Virus record (IMG/VR): IMGVR_UViG_3300049847_000663
Span: 1-64,000 of that record
Source: a virus
Length of the DNA stretch: 64,000 bases
Reading direction: 5' to 3' (one strand)
Of the stretch, positions 29,615 to 39,258 are shown in pieces. Within the stretch, counting starts at the first letter, position 1, and each line of letters opens with the position of its first letter. Made by a program: the position numbers and the translations under genes. A model generated the notes under the pieces. It was given only the letters and a program-made list of their open reading frames with translations, had not been told where the DNA came from and did not search any database.

Positions 29615-30416
29615 ATTATCTGTGACGCAATTAGGAGGAATAAAATGCTTGACTATCTCAAGGCTAATTTGGATCTGAGCGAGATTCTCAGTTTCAATTA
29701 TAACGTTCAAAATGGCGTTTTAACGGTACATGGTAAGAACGACCTCGGTCAGCTAGCAGTTCGCACTAAAACGCTTTCTAGGCTTGATGGAGCGCGTTTA
29801 TTTAGGCTGCATATTTCTAACATGCCGGGACTCTAAATGGAACTAATTAAAATAAGAAACCCTAGATTTTGGGCTCTAACTGACCTAAAGTTTGATTCAC
29901 TATTTAATGCTTTATTTGGAATTAGTTTTTTTATTTGAATACTACAATTAATTCAATAAGTTAGGATAATATGCTTAAGGTAAACATAAATAATGAGGAC
30001 TATTATTGGCTTCTAATTCGGATGAAGACTCGTCATTTGTGGGAGGACATCCTCCCTTGCAACGATGTACCAATTACTATACAAGATCTTTATTATTATA
30101 ACTAAAATTCTTCCCCAAATCCTTAACAATTATAAGCATTTAAATTAGAATTTCTTTGGGGAAGGGGAGCTAGTAAACTTCACAAGCTCAGTTTCCTGCG
30201 CTCATAAAGCCCTATACAAACTGACTGGAAGTAATGCTGGACTGATAGTAGAGGAGATATATATTTTATTGTACATAGCACAATCTCAACACAACACAGA
30301 CTACCCTACCCCCCCCTACCGCCTCAGATCTAGCTGCGCTACGATCGTAGCGGCTTGCTATCCTATTAGGATCATTCATCTATTTAGAATGAGAAGCTTC
30401 GCACAGTGTTATGATC

Positions 30417-30518
30417 TTAAATCTCATCAGTGCTAAACATCAGATCGGGATTGCAGATGTGATCTTTAATAAATTTCTTTACAGCATCTATTAGTTTTTT
30501 CATTGAACGCAAGTTCAT
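30417..30518 (-). CDS. 33-aa peptide under a sigma28-type promoter
   Basis: AAGGCGG SD; MNLRSMKKLIDAVKKFIKDHICNPDLMFSTDEI. Confidence 0.55.
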   Translation of the reverse strand: MNLRSMKKLIDAVKKFIKDHICNPDLMFSTDEI

Positions 30519-30542
30519 TGTGTACCGCCTTTTGTATATAAC

Positions 30543-30569
30543 TCATCGGCGGACTTCTTTAAAACTTAA
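30543..30569 (-). promoter_or_regulatory. Sigma28/FliA-type promoter
   Basis: TTAAGTTT-N11-GCCGATGA. Confidence 0.75.
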
Positions 30570-30706
30570 GGACTATTTGCATTATTAATTATTTTCTTTT
30601 TTATGCAAGAATCATACCAATTTATTTGCTGTATCATTGTGGGATTAAGTGACGTAAGTAGTTGATATCATTGATGAATATGTTACAATCATTCTGTCCA
30701 GTACTA

Positions 30707-31006
30707 CTATTCTTCATTCATCCTATTTACTATCGACCGCAGTGAAGCAAGGTCATCGTTTGTTTTGGATATGGAAACACCTACTGTCTCGTTTTGATAC
30801 GTTTCAGCATTTATTTCCTTAAGATCATTTCCTATCTCAGGTTTGGACTTTTTCAATCCATGTCTTTTGTTGACGGTCTTTACGCTAGTGACTACTCTCA
30901 AACGTCTACTAGAATCCACGATGGACTTAGGATGTGAGCGACCTAAGCTTAGAGGTGGACCTGTCTCGGTGTCTTTTCTCATTTTGAGACGACTGCCCTT
31001 TTTCAC
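30707..31006 (-). CDS. Hypothetical basic protein
   Basis: 99 aa; upstream sigma70-type promoter (31047-31075) and late motif (31021-31032). Confidence 0.45.
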   Translation of the reverse strand: MKKGSRLKMRKDTETGPPLSLGRSHPKSIVDSSRRLRVVTSVKTVNKRHGLKKSKPEIGNDLKEINAETYQNETVGVSISKTNDDLASLRSIVNRMNEE

Positions 31007-31046
31007 GGTCCCGTCTTAATATACTTGTTAAATTTTCCTCATTAAA

Positions 31047-31075
31047 AGTGTATCAAATTGAGATAGTTTTGTCAA
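31047..31075 (-). promoter_or_regulatory. Sigma70-type promoter with an embedded palindrome
   Basis: TTGACA-17-TACACT; TATCA-AAT-TGAGA at 31051-31063. Confidence 0.65.
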
Positions 31076-31129
31076 CTTTTCTTTATTCTTAAGTAAAATC
31101 AATGAGTTCTCATTATTTTTATTTTTTCC

Positions 31130-31156
31130 TTAAGTTTTATTGAAACTGCCCGATAA
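31130..31156 (+). promoter_or_regulatory. Sigma28/FliA-type promoter
   Basis: TTAAGTTT-N11-CCCGATAA upstream of 31192. Confidence 0.75.
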
Positions 31157-31191
31157 GTAGTATATAAGATTGATAACTAAGGGAGACTAAG

Positions 31192-31674
31192 ATGAGTTTG
31201 ATTCAAGAATTGAAAAATAAGCTAAACGAAGCAAAAAAACGGTTTTATAGCCTTAAGACCAAAAGAGCAAAGGAAAAACAACGCGACATCATTCGGGACC
31301 TTAATTTTCAGCTTGAGGACGCTCTACTTGAAGGACTAAAACCTTACCTAAACATGAGGCATGAGGGTGTCATTGTTTCCGGTGGGACTGACGCATTAGC
31401 AAGGACTGAATTTGGTATTGTGCCGGTTTATGCGGTGAATGACCGACTAAGCAAATCGTGGTATGATACTACTTGCTGCGTGTCTTATAAGGATGGAGAC
31501 AAGATCACTTTTGAAATAAAACATCCCAACGTTGAAAATGGTCGTCTTAATTGGTTTGCCGCCGAGGTTGAGGGTGGCTCTTTAGATACAGAAAAATATA
31601 ACAAGTTATGTAAACAAGACAATTTGGCGTTCTTTAAAAAACAAGACGGTTCAATGACCGGACTATTTAAATAA
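31192..31674 (+). CDS. Hypothetical (probable early) protein
   Basis: AAGGGAG SD; first gene after a sigma28-type promoter. Confidence 0.65.
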   Translation: MSLIQELKNKLNEAKKRFYSLKTKRAKEKQRDIIRDLNFQLEDALLEGLKPYLNMRHEGVIVSGGTDALARTEFGIVPVYAVNDRLSKSWYDTTCCVSYKDGDKITFEIKHPNVENGRLNWFAAEVEGGSLDTEKYNKLCKQDNLAFFKKQDGSMTGLFK

Positions 31675-32444
31675 GGAGACTTTATGAGGACTAAAGAGTT
31701 TACAATAATGTGCGCGATTGTGATGACGATTGTTACAATCCCAATGTGGTTGTTGTTTCAGTTTTTTGTGCTACTTAATACAGGACTTTAAGTATGTGGG
31801 TTATTAAGACTAAATCAGGACACGAATACGACCTAGTTTTTAAATCTTATGAGACCGCTGAGGATTGGTTGTATTCAACGCTGCTTAAAGGGGCGACTTA
31901 TGTTAGGGACCGTTACTTAATTGTGCCTGTAGACTAAACAAGGGAGTTTTTAGATGAAAACAAAAGAAGACATGAAAAATACATACGAAGTGATAAGATC
32001 TTATGTTAATGAAGTTATAGGCCTTGAGCTTGACCTTCCACGCGCTCTGAACCTGATAGAACAAACGCTTGATACTGAGATTGATTGGTCAAACAAGGAA
32101 GCCTCACAACGGGCACTATTTGACTTCATTGAAAAACGTCAAGGTGAGGTGATACAATGAAAATTTTTTCTTATGAACTAACTAAAGTTACGTTCAGGGT
32201 TGCAGACCTAGTTATGGGTTTTTCCATCGTTTTAGTTTCCATGGTGTTTTTAATTAAAATCTTATGCGAGGTGTTTTCATGAAATACCTAACTAATTCTT
32301 TACGTTCTACCGGTTTAGTTAGTGAGTTTGATTTACAGCAACTAAAGAAAGAAGCTATTGAATTCACGAACTTAATCAAACAGTTAAAAGCTGACGGTCA
32401 ACATAGCTCTAGTGATTTAATACGATCTTCAGTAAAAAGACTTT

Positions 32445-32858
32445 ATGAAATTAGGGCAATTGCTGAGCTACACATTAAGTCTCTTAAAAGAGCGCATCTA
32501 CGGATTGTATCAAATGAAACAGATGAAAATGAAAAATAAACGTAGAAACTCAATTGAGATTAGTCCTGAAACGCGGTTAAAAACGCTGTATTTCCTGTTA
32601 CAAGGGCTTGACGCACATGAGTTAGCCGTTAACCTAGAAATAGGTTTTAAGGCTTTAAAACACCGTTTAACCCTTATTTATAAGTTTTACGGGGTTAAAA
32701 ACAGGATTCAATTGATGAGTCTTTATATAAACATCCCAACACGAGTTAGAAAATCTTTTATAAATGATGAAAATAAAGTAGTTACGCGTAAAAAATACAA
32801 AACTAAAGAGCAATTTAAAGAAAATGAAAATATTTTGCCACAAGGCCTAAAGTTTTAA
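32445..32858 (+). CDS. LuxR-like HTH regulator
   Basis: LLQGLDAHELAVNLEIGFKALKHRLTLIYKFYGVKNRIQL; true start probably about 32523-32529. Confidence 0.7.
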   Translation: MKLGQLLSYTLSLLKERIYGLYQMKQMKMKNKRRNSIEISPETRLKTLYFLLQGLDAHELAVNLEIGFKALKHRLTLIYKFYGVKNRIQLMSLYINIPTRVRKSFINDENKVVTRKKYKTKEQFKENENILPQGLKF

Positions 32859-32874
32859 AAAATTAGTCCGATGA
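32848..32874 (+). promoter_or_regulatory. Sigma28/FliA-type promoter
   Basis: TAAAGTTT-N11-TCCGATGA upstream of 32923. Confidence 0.75.
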
Positions 32875-32922
32875 GATATATGAACCGCGATGAACATGGT
32901 TCGAGCATAAGGGAGAAATAAA

Positions 32923-34586
32923 ATGACAATGATTTACAAAATAACAAAAAAATTCACAAAACTTGATAAAAATCCTTATTTCGAAGACACCAGAGCATGG
33001 CATACATTTATTGATATATGTTGTACACATAACGTCGTTGAAGGTTATGAATTAAATATCGATTTAATGATGAAAGAGCACTCTCAAACTTATGATTATT
33101 ATGATGATACTTTGTTGTTGTTTGTTGAAGATGGACTTCTTGAATGTATTTACGACCTTAAAAAGGAGAAATAAAATGAAATACATGAAAAGATCAAAAA
33201 TTTATAAAGCTTCGAACGTAATATTTAATCCTAACACCATTGAGGCGTTTTCCTATCGTTGGTGGAAATTTGTTAAAGTTATTGATGGTTTAGTGGTTTT
33301 TAATAAATATCGCTATTCAGTTTCAACCGCCAAACATCAAGCTAAAGTCAGACAACTAATGATTGAATTAGGAATTAAGGTTGATCTATATGTTAATGTG
33401 CGCGAATCATTAATAGACCAGACGATTGAAGAGCTTATTATTCAAACTGAAGAGAACATATGTGATGACTTTTTGTATAAAAAACTAAAACAAGGCGAAG
33501 CTTATGATAGAAAAAAAGCTAAACAAGCTTCATTAGTCGAGCGTGTTATTGAGAATACTTATAACCAAGTTGAGGTGAGTTGTGGATAAAAAAATAATTT
33601 TAAGTAAAACTGATGAAATTTTATTAGAAGATATTTTAGAATATTTGTTACATGATAAAGAAAAAGAAGACTTGTTAACTTCTTTTGAAGTTAATGAAAC
33701 AGATTTTTTTGATGAAAATGGTGATTTAATGGTAGATAGACTACCAAGAACCGCGCACGATCATATTTATGTAAAAGCTTTTAAATTATTTAGTCAATTA
33801 AAAGAGGTACAAAATGTTTAACTATAAAAACTTAATTCAAGATTGCGCGATTAATCAAGGGTATTGTTTAGGCCTTGAAGCGTTTCATCGCTTAAAAGGG
33901 TCTTTAGACCACGCTAACTTTTACTTAAACCTAGCTTCAGACTTTAATAAAGTAGCTGTAAAACTTAAAAATAGAGCTTTAAAACAAGGTTTAAACCTAA
34001 ACCGTGAAGAGCTAACTTCGTTGATTTATTCAGGCCTTAAACAAGGTAAACAGGAAGCTTCGGAGAATGTGAAATGTTGTTAATCCTGATTATTTTAGCA
34101 TGTTTTGGTTATATACCGTTTTGGGTTGTGTTAATTGGATTGTTTTTTTGTTAGAAAGGTTAAGTATGAATAAATATTTATATAATTTAGTTTTGATAAT
34201 TATATTTTCATTATTTTTTATTAGTTTAGGTAAAGTTTTTTAAAAATCTTCCGAAGAGATAGTAACGACAAAGGAGTAAGATAGTGAGTAAAAATAAATT
34301 CACGTCCGGACCATGGACACCTGAATTAGACACAACACAACTTAATCATAAGACATACATAAGGACGACTAAAGATAAAGATAACGAATTTGTTCAAATT
34401 GCTGAGATAAATCGTTTTGTTGATATTAAGCTTGACGGAGCTAACTCTGCTCTTATCGCCGCCGCGCCGGAAATGTACGAAGCTTTAGAAGAGTTACTTG
34501 AAGTTGTTAGACGTTTTGGTGGTATTCCTCTTGAAGATCCTTTTAAGTATGACAAGTTACTAAAAAAAGCCCGAGGTGAAAAATGA
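32923..34586 (+). other. Small hypothetical early CDS (32923-33174, about 33176-33589, 33582-33821, 33814-34083, 34284-34586)
   Basis: Strong SD motifs; 34284 has FTSGPW...ANSALIAAAPEMYEALE, typical of phage small early proteins. Confidence 0.65.
34231..34257 (+). promoter_or_regulatory. Sigma28/FliA-type promoter
   Basis: TAAAGTTT-N11-TCCGAAGA upstream of 34284. Confidence 0.7.
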
Positions 34587-34706
34587 GTGAAGAAACAAAG
34601 AAAAAAATTGAAGATTTAAAATATAGAATAAACTTAGGGTCATGTAATACTGAACAATTAGCAGCATGGCTTTTTGAGTTGTTAGAGATTTTATCAGGAG
34701 ATCAAC

Positions 34707-35126
34707 ATGAGTGAATTATTTTTATTATTTAACTTAGTTTTTGCATCAAATGAATTAGATTTAGCTATTGATAAGGCAGCGCAGAAATACAACATTGAGT
34801 CTCAAGACCTAAGACTAATTGCGGCGGTTGAGTCGAGCTATTCAGTTAATCCTAAAATCAATGAAAATAGGAATAAAACTATTGACATGGGACCTTTTCA
34901 AGTAAATTCAATACACAAAAACACAACTTGTAAAATGTTTAATATTGAAACACTTGACGGGAATGTTCTTTGCGCGGCTAAACTAATAGCTATGCATAAA
35001 AAACATAAAGGGACTGATTTTTACTGGCTTGCACGTTATCATTCTAAAACACCTAAATATAAAAAAATATATCAAGAAAAACTAGAAAAAGCTAAAGTTT
35101 TATTTTTAATTGCCGATAAGAATTAA
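34707..35126 (+). CDS. Secreted lytic transglycosylase (SLT, IagB/EtgA-like)
   Basis: Signal peptide; IAAVESS catalytic Glu; DMGPFQVNS; ARYHS. Confidence 0.8.
   Translation: MSELFLLFNLVFASNELDLAIDKAAQKYNIESQDLRLIAAVESSYSVNPKINENRNKTIDMGPFQVNSIHKNTTCKMFNIETLDGNVLCAAKLIAMHKKHKGTDFYWLARYHSKTPKYKKIYQEKLEKAKVLFLIADKN
35093..35119 (+). promoter_or_regulatory. Sigma28/FliA-type promoter (perfect consensus)
   Basis: TAAAGTTT-N11-GCCGATAA. Confidence 0.8.
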
Positions 35127-36216
35127 AAGGAAGAAATTATGAATAAAGAAATATTAATTATAGTTTTAACAATTTTACTTTTACCGATTTGGTTTCCTAT
35201 GTTTTTAATTAGATTTTGTTTTGATAGAGCTGAAATATGCATGAAAATATTAGAATAAAGGCGGTAAAACAAATGATTTTTAAAAATGTATATGATTATT
35301 TCTATTGGTTAGGCGTTCAAGATAAAAGAACAAAAATTAATAGAAATTTTATCAAAACTGGAATTGTAAAGAAAATTAAAATAGCTTATTTAAAAGGTTA
35401 TAACAAAGGAAACAAAAATGCAAATAAACAAAAAAGAAATTCTAGAGCAAGCTAAGCAATTAAAAGTGGATTTTATTGTGGGAAATAGTGGGACTAAACA
35501 TTTATGCGGGCTTCACGTTAAAGACGAAGGGTCAGCCAGCCTTAATGAAGCTTTATCTCAAGCTTTAAAGATCGGTTACGACAGAGTTTATCTTTACAGA
35601 GAAGATCCCAAAAAAGTAACAAATGTGTCTAAAATTAATACAAATTTTAACTCAAATCAAAGTGAATATAGCAAAATTAAAATGTCTTTAGATAACTTGA
35701 AAAACACCTTTGGGGTTGATATACTTAAAGCTGTAGCTATGACTGAATTAACTTTAACTGAAAATAGAGGATAAATATGAACATTTATCAAGTTAAGTTT
35801 GACGCTAAAAAAGAAAACATACAAAACAGCTTTACAATTGTTGTTGACGCGCATTGTGCTTATGAAGGTGACGCGATTGAAGAGGCTAAAAACCACATTA
35901 AACGTCATTATGAAGGTATTTTAAGCCTTGAGTTAAAGTCGGTTTGTTTTCTTGAAACGGTTGAAAATAGAAGTAAAAAGATTAATCAATTTAATAGGGA
36001 TTAATATGAAACCAATTAAATTTATCGATTTAGATGTTGATGGAATTGATACAAACGACTACCCTGATTTTTGCGACGCTTTTATTTCATCAGCTACGGC
36101 GGTTTTTGAAGACGGTTCTATGCGCGATGCTAACGATGATGAATTAGAAGAATTAAACGAAGATTCAGATTTAGTCTATTCACTTGTTTTAGAGCGTATT
36201 TACTAGGGAGAAAAAA

Positions 36217-37266
36217 ATGAACATTCAAGAATTTAAAAAAGTATATCCTTTTCTAAGGAAACATAAAGTAACTCCTTTTTTGTGGGGAAACGAAGGGGTA
36301 GGTAAAACTCAAATTGTGGGACAAATTGCTAAAAGTCTAGACACTGGACTTGTTCATTTGTATCTAGCCACTCAAGACGTTGGGGATTTAATTGGCCTTT
36401 TAAAACACAATCCTGACGGTTCAGTTTCACATTCTAAACCTAGTTGGTTTCCAACCCAAGGAAATGGTATTATTTTCCTAGATGAAGCAAACAGATGCCA
36501 TCCTGACGTTATGCAGGCTATGTTTAGCTTTATCACGCGAGGAATGCTTCATGAGCATGTTTTACCTCAAGGTTGGACTATTATTGCAGCAGGAAACTAT
36601 GATAACGAAGATTTTAATGTGACGAGCACTTCAGACGCCGCTTGGTTATCGCGTTTTTGCCACATTGATTTTCAACCAACAACGGAAGAATTTGTTTTGT
36701 ACGCGGAAAATAAAGAAGCTTATGACGTTGCCGGTTTTATCCGCGAAAATGCTGATTGTCTTGAACGAGCTAACAAAAAAGACAATTTAAACTTTATAAC
36801 TCCAGATAGACGTGCTTGGCTTGAAATGGTAAGTCCACTTGACAATGAAGATGAGATTGAAAATGAGAAGTTTGAATTATTTAAAGGATGTGTTGGCCAA
36901 GCTGCAGCAAGTAGTTACATGACTTATAAAAAGAAAAAGGAAAAAGCAGTTTCTGCAGGTCAAATCATCAATAACTACGAAAAAGTGCGAGAAACAATTT
37001 TAACTTTATCTAATCCTGAAAATGTTAGGCTTGATATGATTACAAAAACTTGTAACGAATTAATTGCTAGAATTAAAACTGATGATGAATTCCTAAAAGA
37101 TGAAACAAAACTTAATAATGTATTTCAGTTTGTTTTAGATATTCCCCGAGAATCTTCTCTTACTTTTATTAATGAAATTGTTAAAACAACAAGCGTTAAT
37201 AAAGGACTTATCTTAAATAATAAGAATTTTTCAAATAGAATGAAAGTTAGAATTTTAGAAAAATAA
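36217..37266 (+). CDS. MoxR-like AAA+ ATPase
   Basis: GNEGVGKT Walker A; IIFLDEANR Walker B; IIAAGN; SRF arginine finger. Confidence 0.85.
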   Translation: MNIQEFKKVYPFLRKHKVTPFLWGNEGVGKTQIVGQIAKSLDTGLVHLYLATQDVGDLIGLLKHNPDGSVSHSKPSWFPTQGNGIIFLDEANRCHPDVMQAMFSFITRGMLHEHVLPQGWTIIAAGNYDNEDFNVTSTSDAAWLSRFCHIDFQPTTEEFVLYAENKEAYDVAGFIRENADCLERANKKDNLNFITPDRRAWLEMVSPLDNEDEIENEKFELFKGCVGQAAASSYMTYKKKKEKAVSAGQIINNYEKVRETILTLSNPENVRLDMITKTCNELIARIKTDDEFLKDETKLNNVFQFVLDIPRESSLTFINEIVKTTSVNKGLILNNKNFSNRMKVRILEK

Positions 37267-37275
37267 AGGAATAAA

Positions 37276-38376
37276 ATGCGTTTAGATAAAGCTATTAAAA
37301 TATTATTAAATGAAAAACCGTTTTATGCTTATTTTTTAATTAATAGCACGGTTCTTTGGGATGCTTATGGTGTTGAAACTGCTGCGGCGGGAGTAATGAA
37401 CGCCACCCCTACGCTATTATTTAATAGTAAATTTGTTTCAACTTTAACAACTGAAGAATTAGCTGGAGTTATTGAACACGAAGTTGAACATTTAGTTCAC
37501 GACCATGTAAATACGGGAAAAAACTTATCACTTGATAAACATATTCACAACATAGCAACTGACTGGTCAATTAATCAAAGAATTAAAGTTCTTCCCGAAT
37601 GTGCAATTACTCACGAATCAATGGAAAAAAAATTAGAACAACAAATAGAAAAATACCAAGATTCTATTTTTTATTATAATCTTTTACTTAAAAATCAGGA
37701 TAAAATTAAAGATCTAATGCCAATGGATGACCATGATTTAGAAGAATTAATAGGAAAACTTGAAAAAAGTGGTTTAAGTCAAGCTGCTATAAAAGAAGCT
37801 TTAAGTAAAGCAATTAAACAAGCTAATGGGAATGTACCGGAACATTTAAAAAACGTTATTTCTTCTATTATGAAGCCACAAGAATTACCTTGGCAACAAA
37901 TATTAAGAAATTTTATTTCAACATCGACCTCTTCTTTAAATTTAAACACGAGGAAGAAAATTAATAGAAGATTTGGACTTGATGCGCCAGGAAAAAAGAA
38001 AAAACGCGTTTTAAATTTAGCAGTTTGTGTTGATAGTTCAGGATCAGTAAGTGACGAGCTATTTAGTCAATTTTTAAGCGAAATTTATCACATTACTAAA
38101 CACACAGGTTCTACTTATTTAATTGAAATTGACTGCGAAATTAAAAAGGTTGAAAAACTTAAGAAAAAGACTAAAATTAATGAAAGAACTGGTTACGGCG
38201 GAACCGCCTACAATCCAGGCCTTAAAAAGGCTAAGGAATTAGGCTGTGACGCTGTGGTTTATATGGGTGATGGTGATTGCGCAGATACCCCAGAAAACCC
38301 TAAAATGCCAGTTCTTTGGGTTTTACCTAAAGAGACTAAATGTCCTGCTAATTTTGGAAAAACATTATACATTTGA
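37276..38376 (+). CDS. Metallopeptidase-like plus vWA domain protein (DUF2201-like)
   Basis: HEVEH motif; MIDAS motifs VDSSGSV, GGT and MGDG. Confidence 0.85.
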   Translation: MRLDKAIKILLNEKPFYAYFLINSTVLWDAYGVETAAAGVMNATPTLLFNSKFVSTLTTEELAGVIEHEVEHLVHDHVNTGKNLSLDKHIHNIATDWSINQRIKVLPECAITHESMEKKLEQQIEKYQDSIFYYNLLLKNQDKIKDLMPMDDHDLEELIGKLEKSGLSQAAIKEALSKAIKQANGNVPEHLKNVISSIMKPQELPWQQILRNFISTSTSSLNLNTRKKINRRFGLDAPGKKKKRVLNLAVCVDSSGSVSDELFSQFLSEIYHITKHTGSTYLIEIDCEIKKVEKLKKKTKINERTGYGGTAYNPGLKKAKELGCDAVVYMGDGDCADTPENPKMPVLWVLPKETKCPANFGKTLYI

Positions 38377-38450
38377 TTTTAAAGGAGTTATATGTTATTA
38401 TTTGAATTGTTTTGTATTTATGCGCTTTTTATTGTGTTTAAAGGGATTTT

Positions 38451-39227
38451 ATGATTAAAAGTTTAACAAAACATCAAGAAAACCAAATAGATGTATATTT
38501 ACAAAAATGGCTTAAAATAGGATTAAGAACCGAACCTATTTGTGTAGAAAAAGCTAAAGAAGCTGCTGAATTTTTTTATGAAGAAATTTTACAAATAAAA
38601 ACACCACAAATTATTTTTTTAGATTCACCGATGGCCTGTCAGATTTTTTTGAATAAAAATTCACAGCTTTATTCACAGCTTTATTCACAGCTTCGTTCAC
38701 AGCTTTATTCACAGCTTCGTTCACAGCTTGATTCACAGCTTCGTTCACAGCTTGATTCACAGCTTGATTCACAGCTTTATTCACAGCTTTATTCACAGCT
38801 TGATTCACAGCTTTATTCACAGCTTGATTCACAGCTTGATTCACAGCTTGATTCACAGCTTTATTCACAGCTTCGTTCACAGCCAAATTTAGAGCATTTT
38901 TATCCAGCCTGGTCTAATTTATTTATGAATTATTATGGATTGTATGATTATATTTTAAATGAAATCTTTGAAGATAAAAAACCTCACTTTAATAAATTTT
39001 TACAATTTTTAAAACATTGTGAAGAATTTCATCAAATTTATATGTCTAAAGAAGTATGTTTAATATCTAATTTTCCTAAAGAAATTCACAGAAATAACAA
39101 AGGTCAATTACATAACGTTAATGATTTAGCTTTAAGATATAGAGATGGATTTGGTCTTTATTCAGTTAATGGATCTTTAAAAAATAGTTTACTTGAAACT
39201 GTAATGGAAGAATGTTATAATTACTAA
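38451..39227 (+). CDS. DUF6745-like protein with SQLx tetrapeptide repeats
   Basis: LDSP before the repeat; C-terminal GQLHN...ALRYRDGFGLYSVNG. Confidence 0.7.
   Translation: MIKSLTKHQENQIDVYLQKWLKIGLRTEPICVEKAKEAAEFFYEEILQIKTPQIIFLDSPMACQIFLNKNSQLYSQLYSQLRSQLYSQLRSQLDSQLRSQLDSQLDSQLYSQLYSQLDSQLYSQLDSQLDSQLDSQLYSQLRSQPNLEHFYPAWSNLFMNYYGLYDYILNEIFEDKKPHFNKFLQFLKHCEEFHQIYMSKEVCLISNFPKEIHRNNKGQLHNVNDLALRYRDGFGLYSVNGSLKNSLLETVMEECYNY
38661..38882 (+). repeat. 12-bp coding tandem repeat TCACAGCTT-(TAT/CGT/GAT), 18.5 copies
   Basis: Directly visible; encodes SQLY, SQLR and SQLD. Confidence 0.95.
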
Positions 39228-39258
39228 GCTGAGCTAAAGCTCGATAAAAGGGAGTAAA

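Larger units (their letters stand above)
27224..29836 (+). other. Array of small hypothetical CDS
   Basis: About 10 same-strand ORFs of 60-96 aa with overlaps or SD motifs. Confidence 0.6.

Noticed and set aside
29283-32209. Additional sigma28 sites at 29302 (GTCGATAA) and 32183 (TAAAGTTA-N11-GCAGACCT)
   Set aside because: Only one of the two boxes matches well in each case.
38661-38882. CRISPR array or DGR variable region
   Set aside because: The units are 12-bp in-frame tandem repeats with no spacers; there is no cas operon, reverse transcriptase or adenine-specific template/variable pair.
38611-38886. Antisense ORF (AVNQ/AVNK repeats)
   Set aside because: It is the stop-free shadow of the plus-strand repeat inside a well-supported gene.
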